From assembly GCA_016199935.1 (NCBI GenBank), contig JACQFS010000134.1, positions 28,519 to 92,518 of the forward strand: 64,000 nucleotides of DNA, given 5' to 3'. The notes under the pieces were generated by a model. The model had not been told where the DNA came from. It did not search any database and saw only the letters and a program-made list of their open reading frames with translations. A program made the translations under genes and the position numbers. Origin of the DNA: Verrucomicrobiota bacterium. GTDB lineage: Bacteria > Verrucomicrobiota > Verrucomicrobiia > Limisphaerales > JACQFS01. Below, piece by piece: positions 43,651 to 51,925 of the stretch (the first letter of the stretch is position 1; each line of letters starts with the position of its first letter).

Positions 43651-46345
43651 AAGACCTCGCAAGTCGTTGAGTCGGGGTGTGCAGCTTGAATCTTTTTCCC
43701 AAAGCTGCAATAGCCGACACGCCAAGGCAGAACCGGGCGAGTTTCTCGTTGCGCTTGGATTCGCCGACGGTGAGGAGTTTCTGCGCGGCGTCCGCGTCGG
43801 CGGTGAATTGCTGCTGCAAGGCGTCGAGGCGGGCGAGGAGGATTTTCTTTTCGGCGGCGGTCGGCTTGCGCGCGAGGACGAGGCGGAAGGCTTGTTCGAG
43901 GCGCGCGTCGGCCTTGGGCGCGGCAAGCATCACGCGCTCGGCCAGGGCGCGGGCGGCTTCGACGTAGGTGATGTCGTTGAGCGTGGAGAGCGCGTGGAGC
44001 GGGGTGTTGGTGCGCTTCTGTTTCACCTCGCAGACCTGCCGCGCGGCGCTGTCGAAGAACATCGTGGGGCCGACGATGCGCCGCCAGAAGACGTAGAGGC
44101 TGCGGCGGTAGAGCGCGTCGCCGTGATCCTGCTTGTAGGTCTTCTTGCCAAAGGTCGCCTCCTCCCAGATGCCCTCGGGTTGATACGGCTTCACGGACGG
44201 GCCGCCGCGCTGGTCCACGAGCAGGCCGCTGGCGGCGAGCGCGACGTCGCGGAGCATCCACGAGGGCATCCGGTAACGTGGGCCGCGCGCGATCAGGCGG
44301 TTCTCCGGGTCGCGCTCGACGAGCGCGGGCGTCACGCGCGAGGACTGGCGGTAGGTCGCGCTCATCACGATGAGTTTCACCAACGCCTTTACGTTCCAGC
44401 CTTGGCCGGATTCGGATTGAACAGGAGCAAACGGAGGCAACGGAGAATTTTCTCTGTTCGCTCCGTTTCCTCCTGTGGATTTTTCCGGCGTCATGAACTC
44501 GACCGCCAGCCAGTCGAGCAGCTCAGGATGCGAGGGCTTCTCGCCCTGCACGCCGAAGTCCTCGGCGGTCTTCACGAGGCCGGTGCCGAAGAACATCTGC
44601 CAGTAACGGTTCACGGTGACGCGGGCGGTGAGCGGATTCTCCGGCGAGACGAGCCAGCGGGCGAGGTCGAGGCGGTTCGCTCGTTCGCCGGTAGCAGCCG
44701 AGGTGACGAGGCTCTGACTTTTTTTCTCCGCGTTCCGCGTTCCGCGTTCCGAGTTTGAAGAGAGCCTCCTTACGTTGGCTGCTACCAGGGAGGCGGGCAT
44801 CGCGGCCACGACTTTGTTCGTCGTCGCTTTGTCGTAGGCGCCTTTGACGAGGATGAAGGTGTCGCGCGGTTTTTCCAACTGATCCATGATCATCACCTTG
44901 GTGATGTTGTTCTGCGCAGCGTCGCGCGCGCGGACGGCGGCGAGAAGTTTCTTCAACACTTTCACGTAGTCGGCGTCCTTGCCGTCGGTTTCGAAGTAGC
45001 CGATGGCTTCGAGGATGGCGTCCACGCCGCGTTTGGCGGGCTCGGCCTTGGCGAGCGTGGCGGGGAGGTTGCCGGGAAGCTTGGCCGCGTCGGACTCGGT
45101 GAGCGGCCTGCCCTCGGGGCGGGGAAATTTCTTCAACTCGAACGCCTCCACCTCGGTCACCACCTTCGCGAGTTGTTGGCGCGCCACTTTCACCTTGTCC
45201 TCCTCGGCGGGCGTGGAGAAATCAAGGATCGGCGGAGCCTGGCCGCCGCGGCCCTGGCCGGTCTCGGACATCTGGTTGAAGATGTCGTAGAGGCCGAAGT
45301 AGTCGCGCTGGGTGAACGGGTCGAACTTGTGATCGTGGCAACGCGAGCAGGTGAACGTGACGCCCAGCCAAATGGTCGCGGTGGTCTCGACGCGGTCAAA
45401 GACGTTCTCGACGCGCGTCTCCTCGGGGATGCGGCCGCCCTCGCCGTTGTGCATATTGTTCCGATTGAAACCAGACGCGAGCTTCTGCTCGCGCGTGGCG
45501 TTGGGCAGGAGGTCGGCAGCGAGTTGCTCGATGGTGAACTGGTCGTAGGGCTGGTTCACGTTGAACGCGTTCACGACCCAGTCGCGCCACGGCCACATCG
45601 TGCGCTCGGGATCGCCTTGGAAGCCGTTTGAGTCGGCGTAGCGCGCCGCGTCGAGCCAGTCCCAGGCCATGCGCTCGCCGTAGCGCGGCGACTTGAGCAG
45701 GCGGTCCACGATCCTCTCGTAGGCGTCCGGCGATTTGTCCGCGAGGAAGGCGTCCACTTCCTCCGGCGTCGGCGGCAGGCCGGTGAGGTCGAGCGTGATG
45801 CGGCGAATCAAAGTTTCCTTCGGCGCTTCGGGTGAGGGTTTCAGACCTTCGCGCTCCAAACGGGCAAAGATGAAGTTGTCGATGGGATTGCGAATGACGA
45901 ATGACGAATGACGAATGGGCGGAACCGCGGGTCGTTGTGGAACTTCGTAGGCCCAGTGCTTTCCCCACTTCGCTCCTTCCTCGACCCAGCGCTTGAGCAA
46001 CTCGATCTGCGCGGGTGTGAGTTTGCGATTCGATTTGGGCGGAGGCATCACGTCGTCCGCGTCCTTCGTCGTGATGCGGCGGACCAGTTCGCTCTTCGCG
46101 CTTTTGCCCGGAATGATGATGGGATCCTTCGTCCGCAGCGCGTCCTCCTGCTTGTCGAGGCGCAGCTTGGCCTCGCGCGCCTTTTCGTCGGGGCCGTGGC
46201 AGTGGAAGCAGTTGTCCGAAAGAACCGGGAGGATGTCGCGGGAGAAATTGATCTCCGGCTTGGGTGCGGCGGCGCGCGTGTGAAACGCGAACAGCAACGT
46301 CAAGGCGGCGAACGCAACGGCGAGTTGGCGAAAGGCGGTGCTCAT
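43634..46345 (-). CDS. PSCyt1 / DUF1549 / DUF1553 (PSD1) protein (copy B) with an atypical C-terminus and three embedded micro-repeats
   Basis: [19 protein letters not shown]; [14 protein letters not shown]; [11 protein letters not shown]. The C-terminus ...[35 protein letters not shown] departs from the family ending seen in copies A and C. Confidence 0.85.
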   Translation of the reverse strand: MSTAFRQLAVAFAALTLLFAFHTRAAAPKPEINFSRDILPVLSDNCFHCHGPDEKAREAKLRLDKQEDALRTKDPIIIPGKSAKSELVRRITTKDADDVMPPPKSNRKLTPAQIELLKRWVEEGAKWGKHWAYEVPQRPAVPPIRHSSFVIRNPIDNFIFARLEREGLKPSPEAPKETLIRRITLDLTGLPPTPEEVDAFLADKSPDAYERIVDRLLKSPRYGERMAWDWLDAARYADSNGFQGDPERTMWPWRDWVVNAFNVNQPYDQFTIEQLAADLLPNATREQKLASGFNRNNMHNGEGGRIPEETRVENVFDRVETTATIWLGVTFTCSRCHDHKFDPFTQRDYFGLYDIFNQMSETGQGRGGQAPPILDFSTPAEEDKVKVARQQLAKVVTEVEAFELKKFPRPEGRPLTESDAAKLPGNLPATLAKAEPAKRGVDAILEAIGYFETDGKDADYVKVLKKLLAAVRARDAAQNNITKVMIMDQLEKPRDTFILVKGAYDKATTNKVVAAMPASLVAANVRRLSSNSERGTRNAEKKSQSLVTSAATGERANRLDLARWLVSPENPLTARVTVNRYWQMFFGTGLVKTAEDFGVQGEKPSHPELLDWLAVEFMTPEKSTGGNGANRENSPLPPFAPVQSESGQGWNVKALVKLIVMSATYRQSSRVTPALVERDPENRLIARGPRYRMPSWMLRDVALAASGLLVDQRGGPSVKPYQPEGIWEEATFGKKTYKQDHGDALYRRSLYVFWRRIVGPTMFFDSAARQVCEVKQKRTNTPLHALSTLNDITYVEAARALAERVMLAAPKADARLEQAFRLVLARKPTAAEKKILLARLDALQQQFTADADAAQKLLTVGESKRNEKLARFCLGVSAIAALGKRFKLHTPTQRLARSCDGLA
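44405..44489. repeat. 85-bp imperfect palindrome embedded in-frame in PSD1 copy B
   Basis: Arms 44405-44447 and 44450-44489, centred on GAGAA-TT-TTCTC. The inner 26 bp pair at 22 positions and the outer GCCGGA/TCCGGC ends pair. It encodes [26 protein letters not shown]. Confidence 0.8.
44727..44754. repeat. Heptamer tract (TCCGCGT)x3 + TCCGAGT inside PSD1 copy B
   Basis: The coding strand reads AACTCGG AACGCGG AACGCGG AACGCGG and encodes SERGTRNAE. Confidence 0.9.
45891..45918. repeat. Heptamer tract (CGAATGA)x3 + CGAATGG inside PSD1 copy B
   Basis: The coding strand (TCATTCG)n encodes [13 protein letters not shown], an apparent 7-aa duplication-like insert just before the conserved RNPID motif. 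Confidence 0.9.
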
Positions 46346-46425
46346 GGAACGGCGACAGTCTAGCACACGGGTCCGCCGCCGAAATAGCTAAAGCTGCCGC
46401 GGGCGATGCAGAATCCTGCGGTGGC

Positions 46426-47385
46426 TCAACGCCGGGACTTGGCCGCGCGCCGCAACACGCGCAGGGCTTCCTCAAAATCTTTCGGCACCGGCGCCTCGAA
46501 GGTCATCTCCTCCGCACGGCCCGGGTGCCGGAAGGTGAGCCGGTGCGCGTGGAGCAACTGCCGCGGCGGCGTGTAGCCGGTGAGCTCGGTGAGCTTCGCC
46601 GTGGACTTCGCCCCATAGGCCGCGTCGCCAAAGACCGGATAGCCGATGTGCTGGAAGTGGACGCGAATCTGGTGCGTGCGGCCGGTGTGGATCCGCACCT
46701 CCATGAGCGTGGCGAGGCCGAGCCGTTCGGCGACGCGGAAGGTGGTGAGCGAGTCGCGGCCCTCGTCGCGGACGGCCATTTTTTTCCGCTGGGTCTGATG
46801 ACGCGCGATCGGCGCGCGGATGGTGCCGGTGTCGTTCACGGAATTGCCGCAGACGAGCGCGAGGTAAATCTTGTCGAGGCTGCGCGCCGCGAATTGTTTC
46901 TGCAACGCGAGGTGCGCGATGTCGTCCTTGGCGACGACGAGCACGCCGCTGGTGTCGAGGTCGAGCCGGTGGACGATGCCGGGGCGCGCCACGCCGCCGA
47001 TGCCGCTGAGCCGCCCGGCGCAATGGTGGAGCAACGCGTTGACGAGCGTGTGGTCCTCGTGGCCCGCGCCCGGATGCGTGGCCATGCCGGCCGGCTTGTT
47101 CACCACGAGCAACGCGTCGTCCTCGTAGAGCACGTCGAGCGCGATAGCCTGCGGTTGCGCGATGGCCGGCTTCGGCTCGGGGAAATGCACGGTGACGACT
47201 TCGCCCGCGCGCGGCGAGTGGGTGGGCTTGACCGGCGCGCCGTTGACGCGGATGTGCCCCTCGTCGATGAGGCGTTGCACCGCGCCGCGCGAGACGGCCG
47301 GGTAGCGCGTGACGAGAAATTTGTCGAGCCGCTCGCCGGGCAGCGACTGCTCGATGGTGAAAGTTTCGGTGCGCGCGGGGTTCAT
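46426..47385 (-). CDS. rluD: 23S rRNA pseudouridine synthase, RluA/RluD family
   Basis: ATG 47385. S4-like N-terminus (ERLDKFLVTRYPAVSRGAVQRLIDEGHIRVNG). Catalytic HRLDLDTSGVLVVAK; GRTHQIRVHF. ATGA overlap with lgt. Confidence 0.9.
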   Translation of the reverse strand: MNPARTETFTIEQSLPGERLDKFLVTRYPAVSRGAVQRLIDEGHIRVNGAPVKPTHSPRAGEVVTVHFPEPKPAIAQPQAIALDVLYEDDALLVVNKPAGMATHPGAGHEDHTLVNALLHHCAGRLSGIGGVARPGIVHRLDLDTSGVLVVAKDDIAHLALQKQFAARSLDKIYLALVCGNSVNDTGTIRAPIARHQTQRKKMAVRDEGRDSLTTFRVAERLGLATLMEVRIHTGRTHQIRVHFQHIGYPVFGDAAYGAKSTAKLTELTGYTPPRQLLHAHRLTFRHPGRAEEMTFEAPVPKDFEEALRVLRRAAKSRR

Positions 47386-48170
47386 TTCGTTCGCACGCCC
47401 CCGTCGCCGGCCCACGGTTTCGTGCGCGGCAGTTTCACGAACAACGCGATGCCCGCCGCGAGCAGGCCCGCGCTGACCCAATGCGCCGGCGTGATAAAGC
47501 CGAGCGTGTAGCTCGCGTAGTCGCCCCGGAACATTTCCACGAAGCTGCGGACGAACGCGTAGGCGATGAGGTAGGTCGCGAAGATTTGGCCGTCGAACTT
47601 GCGCCGGCGGAACAGCCATGCGAGCGCGGCGTAGAGCGCGAGGTTCAGCGCGGCCTCGTAGATTTGCGTCGGATGCACGCCGGTGCCGTGCGTCTCGTGC
47701 TCGCCGGGATAATGCAGCGCCCACGGCAGGTTGCACGCGCGGCCGAAGCAGCAGCCGTTCATCAGGCAGCCGAGGCGCCCGAGGGCGTGGCCCAGCGCCA
47801 GGCTCGGGGCGAACACATCGACGAACGGCCAGAATGGGATTTTTTTCCGTCGCGTGTAAAAGATCGCCGCGAGCATCGCGCCGATGAAGCCGCCGTAAAA
47901 CACCAGCCCGCCGTGTTGCACCATGAAGATTTCCCACCACGGTTCCGACGCGAAGCTGCGTTCCCAATACGACACCACATAGAGCACCCGCCCGCCAACG
48001 ATGCCCCCGATGATGAGCCACGGCCCGGCGTCCACGATTTTTTCCGCGTGGATGCCCGCGCGCGGCGCACGGCGGCTGGCGGTCCAGATGCCGGCGAGAA
48101 AACCGGCGGCCACAAGCACGCCATACCAATGGAGCGTGAAGCCGCCGAGTTGAAGCGCGATTTTATGCAC
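47382..48170 (-). CDS. lgt: Prolipoprotein diacylglyceryl transferase
   Basis: HWYGVLVAAGFLAG, GGRVLYV, GGLVFYGGFIG, GRLGCLMNGCCFG and HPTQIYEA are Lgt signature blocks. GTG 48170 is chosen as the start because the family N-terminus begins just before LQLGGFTLHWYG. Confidence 0.85.
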   Translation of the reverse strand: MHKIALQLGGFTLHWYGVLVAAGFLAGIWTASRRAPRAGIHAEKIVDAGPWLIIGGIVGGRVLYVVSYWERSFASEPWWEIFMVQHGGLVFYGGFIGAMLAAIFYTRRKKIPFWPFVDVFAPSLALGHALGRLGCLMNGCCFGRACNLPWALHYPGEHETHGTGVHPTQIYEAALNLALYAALAWLFRRRKFDGQIFATYLIAYAFVRSFVEMFRGDYASYTLGFITPAHWVSAGLLAAGIALFVKLPRTKPWAGDGGVRTK

Positions 48171-48310
48171 GGGCCGAGAAGGTAGCGCAAAGCCGCGCCC
48201 CAACGCAAAGACGCAAAGCGGACACGCGGTGGCGCCGAGAATCGTCCATGTCGGGGGCGAACTTTTTCCATTCTCCCGTGCCGCCGTCCGCACTACTGTT
48301 CGCGGACCCA

Positions 48311-50350
48311 ATGAAACGACTTTGCACCCGAGTTTGGCTGGCGGCGTTTGGCGCAAGCGCGCTGACCGGCGCGGCTTCCGCGGCGAACGCCCCCAAGACG
48401 CCGGTGGATTTTTCGCACCAGATCGTGCCGATCCTCCGCGAGCATTGCGGCGAGTGCCACACGGGCGACAAGAAAAAAGGCAGCCTCTCGATGAACACGC
48501 GCGCCGACCTGCTCAAGGGCGGCGAGAGCGGCGCGGTGCTCGAGCCGGGCAAAAGCGCGAAGAGCAAATTCATCGAAGTGCTCATCACGAAGGACGACGA
48601 CGCGAAGATGCCGCCGAAGGGGCCGCGACTTTCGCGCGAGAAGGTGGAGCTGCTGCGCGCGTGGATTGATGGCGGCGCGCAATGGGACGACGGCTTCGCG
48701 TTCAAGAAGCCCGCGTATGAGCCGCCGCTCAAGCCGCGCCGGCCCGAGCTGCCCCGCGTGGTGCGCGGCCGCACAAACGCGGTGGACCGCATCCTCGACG
48801 CGCATCTCGCCCGGACAAAGGTGAAGACGCCCGTGGCGATCGGCGACGGCGAGTTTGCGCGGCGCGTGCATCTCGACATCATCGGGCTGCTGCCGGAGCC
48901 GGCGGCGCTGGAGAAATTTCTCACGGACAAGTCGAAGGACAAGCGCGCGACGCTCGTGCGCGAGTTGCTCGATCGCAACGTGGATTACGCCGAGCACTGG
49001 CTTTCATTTTGGAACGACCTCTTGCGAAACGATTACGCGGGCACCGGCTACGTGGACGGCGGGCGCAAGCAGATCACCAAGTGGCTCTACGCGTCGCTCG
49101 TGGCGAACGAACCGTTCGACCGGTTCGTGCGCGACCTCATCGCGCCGAATGCGGACAGCGAAGGTTTCAGCCGCGGCATCAAATGGCGCGGCAGCGCGAG
49201 CGCGGGGCAGGCGGTCGAGGTGCAGTTCGCGCAGGCGGTCGGCCAGACGTTTCTCGGCATCAACCTCAAGTGCGCGTCGTGCCACGACAGTTTCATTGAC
49301 CGCTGGAAACTCGACGAGGCCTACCGCCTGGCCGCGATCATTTCCGAAGCGCCGCTCGAAGTGCATCGCTGCGACAAGCCGAGCGGGCGCATCGCGAAAC
49401 CCGGCTGGCTCTTTCCCGAACTCGGCGACGTGGACGCCGCGCAGCCGCCCGCCGAGCGGCTCAAGCAGCTCGCCGCGTTGATGACGCATCCCGACAACGG
49501 CCGCGTCCCGCGCACCATCGTCAACCGCCTGTGGCACCGCCTCATGGGCCGCGGCATCGTGCATCCGGTGGACGCGATGCAGACCGAGCCGTGGAGCGTG
49601 GACCTGCTCGACTTTCTCGCCGTGCAGCTCGCGGATCAAAAATTTGATCTCAAGAAAATCATCGAGCTGATCTGCACGTCGCAGGCGTATCAGTCGCGCG
49701 CGCAAGTCGTGGCGAAGGACACGGACGACCACGGCTACAAGTATGCCGGCCCGCGCGCGAAGCGGATGACGGCGGAGCAATTTCTCGACGCCGTGTGGCA
49801 AATCACCGGCACGGCGCCGGCCAAGCCCGAGGCGCCCAGCGTCCGCGGCCAACCCGATCCCGCCCCGAAAGCCGCCGCGGCGAAGAAGGCGGACGTCGCG
49901 AAGAAAACCGCTGACGCAAAAAAGGCGGAGCCCGCGAAGAAGGCGGAAGTCGTGAAGAAGGTGCCGCCCGTCAAGCCCGTGCCGCAGCCGATGGTGCGCG
50001 CGTCGCTGATGAAGGCGGACCTGCTCCAGCGCACGCTCGGTCGGCCGAACCGCGAGCAGATCGTGACGTCGCGCCCGACGGACCTGAGCACGCTCACCGC
50101 GCTGGATCTCAACAACGGCCAGTTGCTCGCCGACCTGCTCGCGCGCGGCGCGGCGAAGATCACCAAAGAGCGCGGCGACTCGTCGGACGCGCTGGTGAAG
50201 TGGCTTTATCTTCAGGCCTTCGCGCGCGCGCCGTCGAAGAACGAGCTGGCCGTCGCGACCGAGGCGCTCGGGTCGAAGCCGACGGAGCAAGGCGTTCAGG
50301 ATTTATTGTGGGCCGTGGTGATGACGCCGGAGTTTCAGATCGTCCGATGA
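48311..50350 (+). CDS. PSCyt1 / DUF1549 / DUF1553-type protein (copy C, shorter variant)
   Basis: ATG 48311 with signal peptide. CGECHTGDKKKGSLSMN...KMPP; VDRILDAHL; CASCHDSFIDRWKLDEAY. Lys/Ala-rich linker (AKKADVAKKTADAKKAEPAKKAEVVKK). Family-typical end TPEFQIVR. Confidence 0.85.
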   Translation: MKRLCTRVWLAAFGASALTGAASAANAPKTPVDFSHQIVPILREHCGECHTGDKKKGSLSMNTRADLLKGGESGAVLEPGKSAKSKFIEVLITKDDDAKMPPKGPRLSREKVELLRAWIDGGAQWDDGFAFKKPAYEPPLKPRRPELPRVVRGRTNAVDRILDAHLARTKVKTPVAIGDGEFARRVHLDIIGLLPEPAALEKFLTDKSKDKRATLVRELLDRNVDYAEHWLSFWNDLLRNDYAGTGYVDGGRKQITKWLYASLVANEPFDRFVRDLIAPNADSEGFSRGIKWRGSASAGQAVEVQFAQAVGQTFLGINLKCASCHDSFIDRWKLDEAYRLAAIISEAPLEVHRCDKPSGRIAKPGWLFPELGDVDAAQPPAERLKQLAALMTHPDNGRVPRTIVNRLWHRLMGRGIVHPVDAMQTEPWSVDLLDFLAVQLADQKFDLKKIIELICTSQAYQSRAQVVAKDTDDHGYKYAGPRAKRMTAEQFLDAVWQITGTAPAKPEAPSVRGQPDPAPKAAAAKKADVAKKTADAKKAEPAKKAEVVKKVPPVKPVPQPMVRASLMKADLLQRTLGRPNREQIVTSRPTDLSTLTALDLNNGQLLADLLARGAAKITKERGDSSDALVKWLYLQAFARAPSKNELAVATEALGSKPTEQGVQDLLWAVVMTPEFQIVR

Positions 50351-50353
50351 TGT

Positions 50354-51916
50354 GTGATGGTTGAGCTGGAATCCAAAGCCATGAAGCCGATTGAAATTGA
50401 TCCGACCGCGCCCGACTCGGTCGTGCGCCGCGATTTTCTGAAGCAGCTCTCCGCCGCCGCCACGGCCGCGATGATGAGCGGCACACCGCAATTCGTCCGC
50501 GCCGAGTCGGGCGGCAAACAGCCCAAGGCGACCGCCGACACGTGCATCCTGCTCTGGATGGGCGGCGGCATGGCCGCGCCCGACACCTGGGATCCGAAAC
50601 GCTACGTGCCCTTCGCGAGCGGCATTCCCGTGGCGAAAGTGGAGAGCACTTTTCCGGCGATCAACACGGCGGTGGACAACCTCAAGATCACCGCTGGTTT
50701 GGAAAACATCGCGAAGATTATGGATCGCGCGACACTCGTGCGTTCGCACATTCAGCCCGACCTCGGCAGCATTCTCCACTCGCGGCACCAGTATCACTGG
50801 CACACGGGTTATGTGCCGCCGCAGACCGTCGCGTGCCCGCACCTCGGCGCGTGGATGTCGCGCGTGCTCGGTCCGCGCAATCCGGTGATGCCCGCGTTCA
50901 TCAACATCGGCCAGCGGCTAGAGGGCGTGGGCGAGTCGGAGGAGTTGAAGGCGTTCACGACCGCCGGTTTTTTTGGCGGCGAATTCGGTCCGATGGTCAT
51001 CCCGTTTCCCGAAGACGGCGCGACCTCGGTGCGTCCGCCGAAGGGCATGGAGCCGGGTCGCTTCGACAACCGCTACGCGCTTTACCGGAAGCTGATTGAT
51101 AAAAATCCGCAGCGCGACGTGATGAGCGATTACCAGCAGGAGTCCATGCTGCGCTCGATGGACAACGCGCACCGGCTGCTCGGCTCGCCCGCGGCGAAGG
51201 CGTTCGACATCACGCTCGAGTCGCCCGAGAACATCCGGAAATATTATCCCGACTACCAACCGGGCGTGCGCTTCGAAGCCTCGCGTGATCGTTTCGCGGG
51301 AACCTACGAGGCGGGCACGGTGGGGCGCTTCGGGCTCGGCTGTTTGCTCGCACGGCGGCTTGTCGAGGCGGGCGCGCGCTTCATCGAGGTCTCGACCGAA
51401 TACATTCCGTTCTTCAACTGGGACACGCACGAGAACGGCCACACGCGCCTCGTGGCGATGAAGCAGTCCATTGACGCGCCCATCGCGCAGCTCGTGCGCG
51501 ACCTTGAGGAGCGCGGGTTGCTCGACCGCACGCTGATCATTGTGGCGAGCGAGTTCAGCCGCGACATGATCATGGAGGGCAAGCCCGGCTCGACCGCGAA
51601 GGACCAGGCGGGCTTCAAGGTGGACACGATCACCGAGATGAAACACTACGGTCAGCACCGGCACTTCACCGGCGGCGCATCGGTGCTGATGTTCGGCGGC
51701 GGATTGAAGAAGGGATTCGTGTATGGCGCGACCTCGCCGGAGCGGCCGTTCGTCGCGGTGGAAAATCCCGTGAGCGTCACGGACATCCACGCGACGATCT
51801 TCACCGCGATGGGCATCAGCCCGAAGACGACGTTCGAGATCGAGGGCCGTCCATTTTATCCGACGGAGGACGGGCTCGGGAAGCCGGTGAAGGAGCTGTT
51901 TTCGAAAACGGTCTGA
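50354..51916 (+). CDS. DUF1501-family (sulfatase-fold) protein, Tat-secreted, partner of PSD1 copy C
   Basis: Starts 4 nt after the PSD1 stop. Tat motif VRRDFLKQLSAAATAAMM. LLWMGGGMAAPDTWDPK; FNWDTHENGH; ASEFSRD. Confidence 0.85.
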   Translation: MMVELESKAMKPIEIDPTAPDSVVRRDFLKQLSAAATAAMMSGTPQFVRAESGGKQPKATADTCILLWMGGGMAAPDTWDPKRYVPFASGIPVAKVESTFPAINTAVDNLKITAGLENIAKIMDRATLVRSHIQPDLGSILHSRHQYHWHTGYVPPQTVACPHLGAWMSRVLGPRNPVMPAFINIGQRLEGVGESEELKAFTTAGFFGGEFGPMVIPFPEDGATSVRPPKGMEPGRFDNRYALYRKLIDKNPQRDVMSDYQQESMLRSMDNAHRLLGSPAAKAFDITLESPENIRKYYPDYQPGVRFEASRDRFAGTYEAGTVGRFGLGCLLARRLVEAGARFIEVSTEYIPFFNWDTHENGHTRLVAMKQSIDAPIAQLVRDLEERGLLDRTLIIVASEFSRDMIMEGKPGSTAKDQAGFKVDTITEMKHYGQHRHFTGGASVLMFGGGLKKGFVYGATSPERPFVAVENPVSVTDIHATIFTAMGISPKTTFEIEGRPFYPTEDGLGKPVKELFSKTV

Positions 51917-51925
51917 GGTTCCCGC

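Noticed and set aside
47386-48129. The N-terminal 248 codons of ORF 46426..48129 as an extension of rluD.
   Set aside because: They overlap lgt in another frame and have low-complexity composition. The RluD S4 domain begins at the ATG at 47385, which overlaps the lgt stop as ATGA.
49860-49980. The Lys/Ala-rich AKKA(D/E) repeats in PSD1 copy C, and the Lys-rich linker at 30470-30560, as members of the micro-repeat family.
   Set aside because: They show 15-bp or irregular periodicity and typical charged-linker composition, with no 7-bp phase and no DNA-level identity to the other tracts. They are ordinary low-complexity linkers.
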